Below are positions 7,097-12,427 of a DNA stretch of 15,746 nucleotides, piece after piece. Source of the DNA: a bacterium (GTDB lineage: Bacteria > Patescibacteriota > Minisyncoccia > Phycocordibacterales > Phycocordibacteraceae). The DNA is taken from NCBI GenBank assembly GCA_021813965.1, contig JAKAJB010000007.1, forward strand, positions 1-15,746, written 5' to 3'. Numbering within the stretch: position 1 is the stretch's first letter; each line of letters opens with the position of its first letter. The notes under the pieces were generated by a model. The model made no database searches and was not told the DNA's origin. It saw nothing but the letters and a program-made list of their open reading frames with translations. Position numbers and translations under genes: made by a program.

Positions 7097-7618
7097 ATGC
7101 AGAAGGTCATCACTCCGGTCAACGCCGAAGGGCGCGCGAAGCTTGGTATTCGCGCGGGCGATACTGTGCGCGTCGTCCAGAACATCGTCGACCTCAAGAA
7201 GGGCAAGGGTGCCGACAAAAAGGAGAAAATCGTCAAGAACGTCCGCAAGCAGGTATTCGAGGGCCTCGTCATCTCCGTGAAGCACGGCACCGAGAGCGGC
7301 GCGATGTTCACCGTCCGCACGACGCTCTCGGGCGTCGGCGTCGAGAAGACTTTCCCGCTCTACACGCCGTCCATCGACTCGATCGAGATCGTGAAGCGCT
7401 CGAAGGTCCGCCGCGCGAAGCTCTACTTCATCCGCGAGAAGGCCGCGAAGGCGGTCCGCCGCCAGCTCCGCGGCGCGCGCATGCTCCACCTGAAGAGCGA
7501 TGAGACCCTCACTCCGGAGGAAGTGCCGGCTGAAGCCGAGGGTGGTGCCGAGATCGAGACATCCGTCGAGGTCGCCGCTCCGGCGGCGGAAGAGGCAGCC
7601 GCAGAAGTCGTGGTATAA
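7097..7618 (+). CDS. rplS: 50S ribosomal protein bL19 with internal insertion and Ala/Glu-rich C-terminal extension, 173 aa
   Basis: GDTVRV...QVFEGLVISVKHGTESGAMFTVR...GVGVEKTFPLYTPSIDSIEIVKRSKVRRAKLYFIRE is collinear with bL19. Start taken at ATG 7097 (MQKV); the track start 7079 is 6 codons upstream. Confidence 0.9.
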   Translation: MQKVITPVNAEGRAKLGIRAGDTVRVVQNIVDLKKGKGADKKEKIVKNVRKQVFEGLVISVKHGTESGAMFTVRTTLSGVGVEKTFPLYTPSIDSIEIVKRSKVRRAKLYFIREKAAKAVRRQLRGARMLHLKSDETLTPEEVPAEAEGGAEIETSVEVAAPAAEEAAAEVVV

Positions 7619-7635
7619 TCATAGCGTGCTCACCT

Positions 7636-7720
7636 GCGCAGGTGGCGAAATTGGTAGACGCACTACCTTGAGGTGGTAGCTCCCGTTAAGGGAATGGAGG
7701 TTCAAGTCCTCTCCTGCGCA
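7636..7720 (+). tRNA. tRNA-Leu(GAG)
   Basis: Acceptor GCGCAGG/CCTGCGC; anticodon arm CTACC-TTGAGGT-GGTAG; long variable arm; T arm GGAGG-TTCAAGT-CCTCT; discriminator A. Confidence 0.9.
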
Positions 7721-7722
7721 CA

Positions 7723-7850
7723 TGAAAAACCGGCTTAGGCCGGTTTTTGCATGGTCAGGAGAGGACTTGAAGGGCGGAGCGCGATGGCGCGAGCCAGGGC
7801 CGAAAAATTTCTAGCAAGAAATTATTTCTGGCCAAGCCCTCCTGCGCACA
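7723..7850. repeat. 128-bp segment flanked by the 12-bp direct repeat CTCCTGCGCACA (7711-7722 / 7839-7850), containing an inverted 16-nt copy of the tRNA-Leu T-loop/acceptor (7756-7771); degenerate tRNA-Leu-like relic on the minus strand
   Basis: Exact repeats read directly. The minus strand of 7751-7850 starts GCGCAGG (the tRNA acceptor) and ends TTCAAGTCCTCTCCTGAC, but the T stem and acceptor no longer pair. An internal AT-rich hairpin lies at 7798-7833. Confidence 0.55.
7725..7748 (+). terminator. intrinsic terminator AAAAACCGGC-TTAG-GCCGGTTTTT
   Basis: Perfect 10-bp palindrome with a 4-nt loop and a T5 tract, 5 nt after tRNA-Leu. Confidence 0.8.
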
Positions 7851-7880
7851 AAATAAAACACCCATGAGGGTGTTTTATTT
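7851..7880. terminator. bidirectional intrinsic terminator AAATAAAACACCC-ATGA-GGGTGTTTTATTT
   Basis: Perfect 13-bp palindrome with an A tract upstream and a T tract downstream, immediately after the second copy of CTCCTGCGCACA. Confidence 0.75.
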
Positions 7881-7886
7881 GCAGCG

Positions 7887-7895
7887 TGCTAATAT
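7887..7895 (+). promoter_or_regulatory. extended -10 promoter TGcTAATAT for the small basic ORF
   Basis: Same GTGCTAATAT 10-mer as upstream of the HNH gene. It lies about 55 nt upstream of the SD at 7939-7943. Confidence 0.4.
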
Positions 7896-7948
7896 CGCTC
7901 TCGGAACAGCAGGTCCCGTAGCTAAACTGAAAGGAAAAGGAGGTAACA

Positions 7949-8092
7949 GTGTCCAATCCTCATTGGAAGGGAAGGTTCAGGGAAGTGCGATTGAGCCCGC
8001 AACCGCCGCGCAATCAATCACACATCAATGCCGGCAAATCGGCGCGTCAGAATCGTATGTCGCGCCAAGCGCGCCGGAAGAAAATTTCCTGA
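7949..8092 (+). CDS. candidate small, highly basic protein, 47 aa (GTG start): SNPHWKGRFREVRLSPQPPRNQSHINAGKSARQNRMSRQARRKKIS
   Basis: Strong SD AAAGGAGGT (GGAGG 7939-7943) lies 5 nt before GTG 7949; TGA at 8090-8092. 13 of 47 residues are K/R. Own promoter upstream and a hairpin terminator downstream. Too short for the ORF track. Not recognisable as any named ribosomal protein. Confidence 0.4.
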   Translation: MSNPHWKGRFREVRLSPQPPRNQSHINAGKSARQNRMSRQARRKKIS

Positions 8093-8113
8093 CGACAGAG
8101 TTGGAAAAATGAA

Positions 8114-8141
8114 AAGGTCCGAACGCATGCGTTCGGACCTT
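8114..8141. terminator. bidirectional terminator hairpin AAGGTCCGAACGC-AT-GCGTTCGGACCTT
   Basis: Near-perfect 28-nt palindrome between convergent genes. The T-rich run TTTCATTTTT follows it on the minus strand, so it is stronger for the minus gene. Confidence 0.8.
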
Positions 8142-8145
8142 GGCC

Positions 8146-8331
8146 TTAAGACCCATAACGAAGGCCGAAGACGAAATTCCAGTCGAGGGAGAGATAAAGA
8201 AGAGTGATGCCGACGATCATGATGGCCCATACGAGATGATCTCGAGTCAGGAACCACACGACCTTCTCGTCCAACCAATTCTCTCCCGTTCTTTCCTTCG
8301 TTGAAACGTGATTCATGTCATATTTGGACAT
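8146..8331 (-). CDS. small membrane protein, 61 aa (MSKYDMNHVSTKERTGENWLDEKVVWFLTRDHLVWAIMIVGITLLYLSLDWNFVFGLRYGS)
   Basis: Internal ATG 8331 is preceded by GGAG 7 nt upstream and by a near-consensus promoter. The 110-aa track version (to 8478) would run through that promoter and overlap the adenosyltransferase start. Confidence 0.55.
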   Translation of the reverse strand: MSKYDMNHVSTKERTGENWLDEKVVWFLTRDHLVWAIMIVGITLLYLSLDWNFVFGLRYGS

Positions 8332-8359
8332 TTCAATACTCCGTAAGTTATCCGTAAAC

Positions 8360-8388
8360 ATAATAGCACCCATACACGAAAAAGTCAA
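8360..8388 (-). promoter_or_regulatory. promoter TTGACT-N17-(TGc)TATTAT for the 61-aa membrane protein gene
   Basis: Read on the minus strand: TTGACT (8388-8383), 17-nt spacer, TGCTATTAT (8368-8360). Near-consensus sigma-70-type hexamers plus an extended -10. Confidence 0.6.
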
Positions 8389-8421
8389 CTCCTCCGGGAC
8401 AGGCGGTATACTGTGGCGTAT

Positions 8422-8955
8422 ATGCTCTATACCGGGAAGGGGGACGACGGGACGACACAAGCCTTCGGCTGCGACCAACGGCGGATTTCCAAATCATCCG
8501 AGCTGCCTGAAGCGCTCGGTGCGCTTGATGAACTCAATGCTTTCGTGGGGCTCGTGAAAGTGAAAGCTGCCGGAAATGAACGCATCGCGAGCACTCTGCG
8601 CGATGCGCAGGAGACGCTTTTCATCGTCCAGGCGCAGACAGCCGGCGCGGAGAAGCGAGTGGGGGAGGATGCGGTGAAAAAGATTGAAGACATGACGAAT
8701 GGCATCGAAAAGGAGATTCCGCCGCTTAGAGGTTTTTCTATCGCCGGCGGGACGGAGCTCTCCGCTCTCCTCGACGTCGCGCGGACGCTCGCCAGGCGGG
8801 CCGAGCGCCGGCTCATCGCGGCCGCCGAGGCTGGCGTGCGCGATCTCCCGATCGAGACGAAAGCCTATATGAACCGCCTCTCCTCGCTCCTCTTCGCTCT
8901 CGCGCGTCTCGCGAACCACGAGACTGGCGTCGCGGAGGAGAACCCCCGCTACTGA
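8422..8955 (+). CDS. ATP:cob(I)alamin adenosyltransferase, PduO/MMAB type, 177 aa (alternative GTG start 8413)
   Basis: MLYTGKGDDGTT N-terminus, ALGALDELNAFVG, LFIVQA, GFSIAGG and YMNRLSSLLFALAR are the PduO-type family pattern. TATACT at 8406-8411. Confidence 0.85.
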   Translation: MLYTGKGDDGTTQAFGCDQRRISKSSELPEALGALDELNAFVGLVKVKAAGNERIASTLRDAQETLFIVQAQTAGAEKRVGEDAVKKIEDMTNGIEKEIPPLRGFSIAGGTELSALLDVARTLARRAERRLIAAAEAGVRDLPIETKAYMNRLSSLLFALARLANHETGVAEENPRY

Positions 8956-9002
8956 GGGAGTCGCGTCCTCCTCGATTCCGTGTTATAAAAAATCGTGTGC
9001 AT

Positions 9003-9078
9003 GGCGACTATGGTGTAATGGTTAACACTGGAGCTTGTGGAGCTCTCGATTCGGGTTCGATTCCCGGTAGTCGCCCCA
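9003..9078 (+). tRNA. tRNA-His(GTG) with G-1 and genomically encoded CCA
   Basis: G-1 (9003) can pair with C73. Acceptor GCGACTA/TAGTCGC; anticodon arm GGAGC-TTGTGGA-GCTCT; T arm TCGGG-TTCGATT-CCCGG; 3' CCA at 9076-9078. Confidence 0.9.
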
Positions 9079-9940
9079 ATGGTTCTTATCAGAACCAGAG
9101 ATGGTTCGGCTCTCTGCTGAGACGTGGGAAGTCATGAGCACATGATAAGCTGTTCCTATGGGATTCTTTGAAGGTTTTCATCGTAAAGTTCAGAATAGTG
9201 CAGAGGAACCCGCTCAGGAGAAACTGAGGGATTTTAATGATGCACAGGAAAAGGCCTTCCAAAGCTATACCGAGTATTTCTCTCTCTCAAAAGAAGATCT
9301 GCAAAAACCGTTGCTAGACATTGGCTCAGGAGACGGAGCCTTTGTGCAGTATGTGAGAAAAGTTTTAGACAACAAACAAGCGTATGGTGTTGAGAGACAG
9401 TCACAAAAAGTAGATCCTTCGCGAGAGGGGATGGTAGTAGGGAATGGGCTCGCCCTCCCATTTAAAGACGAGTCTTTTGAGATAGTTCTCGCTAAAGACT
9501 ATTTCCCTCTGTTCGTTGCCAAAAAAGAAGAGGATATGCGGCAAGCAATATTTGAAGCTCTTCGGGTGCTAAAGTCGGGAGGAAAGATGCTAGGGAATAT
9601 CGCAACTCCTGAAAAGGAAATAGAAGCCCGGGACTACTGGGTTCCTCAGGTTAAAGATGATGAGGCGAGAGAAAGGGCAAGGGTCAATTTTGATAATAGA
9701 TACGAGGAAGCGAAAAAGCTCGAGATATTTCTGCAAGATCTAAAAGAAAGAGGGTACAAGGTCGATTATGAAGAAAATAAGATTGGTGAGCATAAGAAAG
9801 TGATAGTGACTATCCAAAAGTTGTAGTTGTTTCCCGAGATTGGAACGAAGCAATCAAGCTCAGTTTCTCCTTGACCCCAGCCATGTACTCAGGGTCCGAG
9901 AGGGTCTCAGGGTAATTGGTTCCGATACTCGAACCCTTTG
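9079..9940 (+). mobile_element. putative non-autonomous single-gene cargo insertion (low-GC methyltransferase cassette) at the tRNA-His 3' end
   Basis: 7-bp direct repeat CGCCCCA (9072-9078 / 9941-9947). Similar terminal palindromes GGTTC-TTATCA-GAACC (9081-9096) and GGTTC-CGATACTC-GAACC (9918-9935). Abrupt compositional drop between them. No transposase or integrase. Confidence 0.35.
9158..9826 (+). CDS. class I SAM-dependent methyltransferase, 222 aa, with charged C-terminal ~80 aa
   Basis: Motif I LLDIGSGDGAF, post-I GVE, LPFKDESFEIVLA, LRVLKSGGKM. AT-rich codon usage unlike the flanking genes. Substrate not inferable. Confidence 0.8.
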   Translation: MGFFEGFHRKVQNSAEEPAQEKLRDFNDAQEKAFQSYTEYFSLSKEDLQKPLLDIGSGDGAFVQYVRKVLDNKQAYGVERQSQKVDPSREGMVVGNGLALPFKDESFEIVLAKDYFPLFVAKKEEDMRQAIFEALRVLKSGGKMLGNIATPEKEIEARDYWVPQVKDDEARERARVNFDNRYEEAKKLEIFLQDLKERGYKVDYEENKIGEHKKVIVTIQKL

Positions 9941-9967
9941 CGCCCCAGCGCGTGATAGTATTCCCCT

Positions 9968-10621
9968 ATGAAAGGTCTCTTGTGGGGTATCCTTCTCATC
10001 ATCATCGTCGGTGTTGGCGGGTTGGTGTATCGAAATGCCGCCGAGCATCCGTCGCAGCCGATCGCGTGCCCGCTTGATGCCGAAGTCTGTCCAGATGGCA
10101 CATCCGTCGCTCGTACCGGATTGTCCTGCACGTTCCCGGCTTGCCCGCCGCCGAACGTCTCTCTCGCCGACGCGAATATAGCCTTCGCCATACCGCAGGG
10201 ATTCAGCGCAGCAGCGGTTCCCGATGCATCGAGTATCGCTGCATATGAGGAGTCATCGACTTCATCGGTGAGTGCCGCGAGCATCGTCATACGCCGCTAT
10301 ACCGTCGATGCGTCTTCGACACCCGATAGTATCATCCAGCAGACAGCGCTAAACGGCGTTTCGGGGAAACCGGTCGGCATAACGTCGTTCACTTCCTCGG
10401 TATTAGGCAGGAATCGCTTCACTGTCGTGTCGATCGAGCGTTCCGAGGGGACTGTCGATACCGCATACTATCCCGTGAATCTTCCGTCCGGTACCGGCGT
10501 GCTTCGCTTCGACGCGATGGATACCGGTGTCGCGAATTGGGCTGACCCGGCTCTCGACGTGGCCGCGCTGCCAGCCCATGCTGCGCTCGCGAAGCTTCTC
10601 TCGACGCTTCAGGTGCTATAG
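9968..10621 (+). CDS. membrane-anchored/secreted hypothetical protein with N-proximal 4-Cys motif, 217 aa
   Basis: N-terminal TM LLWGILLIIIVGVGGLVY, then ACPLDAEVCPDGTSVARTGLSCTFPACPPP, a C..DA..CPDG..V.R.G..C.F..CP pattern I recognise from many CPR hypothetical proteins. TGaTAGTAT -10 ends 6 nt before the ATG. Confidence 0.65.
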   Translation: MKGLLWGILLIIIVGVGGLVYRNAAEHPSQPIACPLDAEVCPDGTSVARTGLSCTFPACPPPNVSLADANIAFAIPQGFSAAAVPDASSIAAYEESSTSSVSAASIVIRRYTVDASSTPDSIIQQTALNGVSGKPVGITSFTSSVLGRNRFTVVSIERSEGTVDTAYYPVNLPSGTGVLRFDAMDTGVANWADPALDVAALPAHAALAKLLSTLQVL

Positions 10622-10649
10622 TTTTTATGATTAGCCGTATATCCTTGCC

Positions 10650-11444
10650 ATGAACAACAACCCATTCGACGAAATCTTCAGCAGTGGCGGGGTGCGCATC
10701 GCGCTTACCGGTGCATTGTCCATCCTGGCGCTCTTCCTTCTCGCACAGACGATAACGACCGCGGAGAACTTCGGGCGCCCGAGCGTGCCGGCATCCGACA
10801 CAGTGACCGTGAACGGCGTTGGGCAAGCGACGCTTCCGCCGGATGTCGCGCGGGTGTCTTTCACGGTGCAGAACACCGCAACGGCGGTCGCTGATGCGCA
10901 GGCCGCGACGACGAGACAGGCGAACGCAGCGCTCGACTTCGTGAAGGGTCAGGGCATCGCCGATAAGGATGTGAAGACGCTCTCGTACGATATTTCCCCG
11001 CAGTATTCCTACCCGCGTCCGTGCGCGGCGGGCGTGGTATGCCCGCCCTACGGTACGCCGACGATTACCGGCTATCAGGTCTCTGAAACCGTGCAGGTGA
11101 CGGTGCGCGACCTCGCTTCGGTCGGCGCGCTCCTCGGCGGCCTCGGGAAACTCTCCGTGCAGAATATCTCCGGCCCCAACTTCGCGCTCGATGATTCGAC
11201 CGCCGGATATGACGCCGCGCGCGCCGATGCTATCGCCAAGGCGAAGGCGCAAGCGGCGCTCCTCGCCGGCCAGCTCGGGGTGCACCTCGGGAAGATCGTG
11301 AACTTCAGCGAATCTTCGGGCAACTACCCGGCTCCGGTGTATGCGATGGGCGTCGCTTCCTCTAAGGACGCCGCGACGCCGAGCGTGCCGACCGGCGAGA
11401 ACACGTATAACGCCTCCGTCTCTATCACATACGAGATTCGGTAG
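10650..11444 (+). CDS. SIMPL/DUF541 domain protein (26-kDa periplasmic immunogenic protein-like), 264 aa
   Basis: N-terminal TM, then VTVNGVGQATLPPDVARVSFTVQ...DVKTLSYDISPQY...ITGYQVSETVQVTVRDL...ARADAIAKAKAQAALLAGQLGVHLGKIV, collinear with the SIMPL family layout. Confidence 0.85.
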   Translation: MNNNPFDEIFSSGGVRIALTGALSILALFLLAQTITTAENFGRPSVPASDTVTVNGVGQATLPPDVARVSFTVQNTATAVADAQAATTRQANAALDFVKGQGIADKDVKTLSYDISPQYSYPRPCAAGVVCPPYGTPTITGYQVSETVQVTVRDLASVGALLGGLGKLSVQNISGPNFALDDSTAGYDAARADAIAKAKAQAALLAGQLGVHLGKIVNFSESSGNYPAPVYAMGVASSKDAATPSVPTGENTYNASVSITYEIR

Positions 11445-11456
11445 AGTCGTTTCGCT

Positions 11457-11496
11457 CAACAACCCGCATTCCGCCGAGGCGGAATGCGGGTTGTTG
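11457..11496 (+). other. long perfect GC-rich hairpin (19-nt arms) after the SIMPL gene; no U tract
   Basis: CAACAACCCGCATTCCGCC-GA-GGCGGAATGCGGGTTGTTG read directly. The 3' arm overlaps the -35 of the secE promoter. Confidence 0.5.
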
Positions 11497-11522
11497 ACGT
11501 CTGTTGTGCCCTGTACTATACT
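11494..11522 (+). promoter_or_regulatory. promoter TTGACG-N17-TATACT upstream of secE-nusG-rplK
   Basis: Hexamers at 11494-11499 and 11517-11522, with the 17-nt spacer counted directly. Confidence 0.55.
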
Positions 11523-11532
11523 GCTCCTATCG

Positions 11533-11556
11533 AAAGCCCGCAGGGCTTTTTTATTT
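11533..11556 (+). terminator. terminator/attenuator-like hairpin AAAGCCC-GCA-GGGCTTTTTTATTT in the secE 5' leader
   Basis: 7-bp stem with 3-nt loop followed by T6ATTT. It lies about 10 nt after the -10 box and 16 nt before the secE ATG. Confidence 0.55.
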
Positions 11557-11571
11557 ACCAAACGCACATCC

Positions 11572-11757
11572 ATGATCTCACCCTTCACCTATCTGAAGCA
11601 CGTCCGCGAAGAGTTCACGCACATCGTCTGGCCGTCCAATCGAACCGCGATCGCCCACACGGTTGCGGTCGTCGCTATCGCGGCAGTCATTGCGCTTCTC
11701 GTCGGCCTGCTCGACTACGTGTTCGGTCTCGGGGTGAATCATATTATCGGCGGTTAA
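11572..11757 (+). CDS. secE: preprotein translocase subunit SecE, 61 aa
   Basis: YLKHVREEFTHIVWPSNRTAIAHTVAVVAIAAVIALLVGLLDYVF is the single-TM SecE pattern (KV.WP motif variant), directly upstream of nusG. The track ORF start (11341) lies inside the SIMPL gene. Confidence 0.85.
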   Translation: MISPFTYLKHVREEFTHIVWPSNRTAIAHTVAVVAIAAVIALLVGLLDYVFGLGVNHIIGG

Positions 11758-11767
11758 TTTCCTACCT

Positions 11768-12409
11768 ATGGACGAACACCTGCACAGCGGCGAGAGCAAC
11801 GAAGAGATGTACGAGGAGATCGGCATGGCCGACATCGCGCCGACGGCGCCCAAGGAAGTCCGCGACGAGGTCGCGCCTAAGCCGGAAGACGCGCGCTGGT
11901 ACACCATCCACACCTATGCCGGCTACGAGAACGCCGTCGAGCGCAACCTTAAGCAGCGCATCGAGTCGCTCGGCATGGAGAACAAGATTTTCGACGTCAT
12001 CGTGCCGACCGAGAAGAAGATCCGCGTGAAGGCCGGCAAGCGCATCGTCGAGGAAGAGAAGATCTACCCCGGCTACATCCTCGTGCGCATGATCGTCGAT
12101 GATGACTCGTGGTTTGTCGTGCGTAACACGCCGCGCGTGACCGGCTTCGTCGGCGCCGGCAACACGCCGGTCCCGATGGATGAGCACGAGGTCGCCACGC
12201 TCATGAAGCGCATGACCGCCGAAGCGCCGAAGCACCGCATCGACCTCGTGAAAGACGACCAAGTCATCATCGCTGACGGCCCGTTCAAAGACCTTGAAGG
12301 CAAGGTGGGCGAGATCGATGAGGACCGCGGGAAGGTGAAGGTCATGGTGTCGATGTTCGGCCGCGAGACCCCGGTCGAGCTCGACTTCTTGCAGATACGT
12401 AAACTCTAG
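11768..12409 (+). CDS. nusG: transcription termination/antitermination factor NusG with ~40-aa acidic N-terminal extension, 213 aa (start uncertain; in-frame ATGs at codons 14 and 20)
   Basis: NGN domain WYTIHTYAGYENAVERNL...PGYILVRM...VRNTPRVTGFVG and KOW domain IADGPFKDLEGKVGEIDEDRGKVKVMVSMFGRETPVEL. Confidence 0.9.
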   Translation: MDEHLHSGESNEEMYEEIGMADIAPTAPKEVRDEVAPKPEDARWYTIHTYAGYENAVERNLKQRIESLGMENKIFDVIVPTEKKIRVKAGKRIVEEEKIYPGYILVRMIVDDDSWFVVRNTPRVTGFVGAGNTPVPMDEHEVATLMKRMTAEAPKHRIDLVKDDQVIIADGPFKDLEGKVGEIDEDRGKVKVMVSMFGRETPVELDFLQIRKL

Positions 12410-12427
12410 CGTAAAGTCCCTTATATC

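Noticed and set aside
7896-8100. SRP (4.5S) RNA or 6S RNA in the leader/ORF region (AGCAGGTCCCG)
   Set aside because: There is no GGAA/AGCA symmetric-loop motif pair or extended helix 8-like hairpin. The SD-ORF-terminator interpretation fits better.
7864-8112. 82-aa plus-strand track ORF in the tRNA-Leu downstream region
   Set aside because: Its ATG lies inside the 7851-7880 terminator hairpin, it has no RBS, and its product looks unremarkable. The 47-codon GTG frame with a strong SD explains the locus better, though it is still unproven.
8146-8478. 110-aa version of the minus-strand small membrane protein ORF
   Set aside because: The upstream 49 codons run through a near-consensus promoter (8360-8388) and overlap the adenosyltransferase start. 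The internal ATG 8331 has a GGAG SD. The shorter 61-aa form is preferred.
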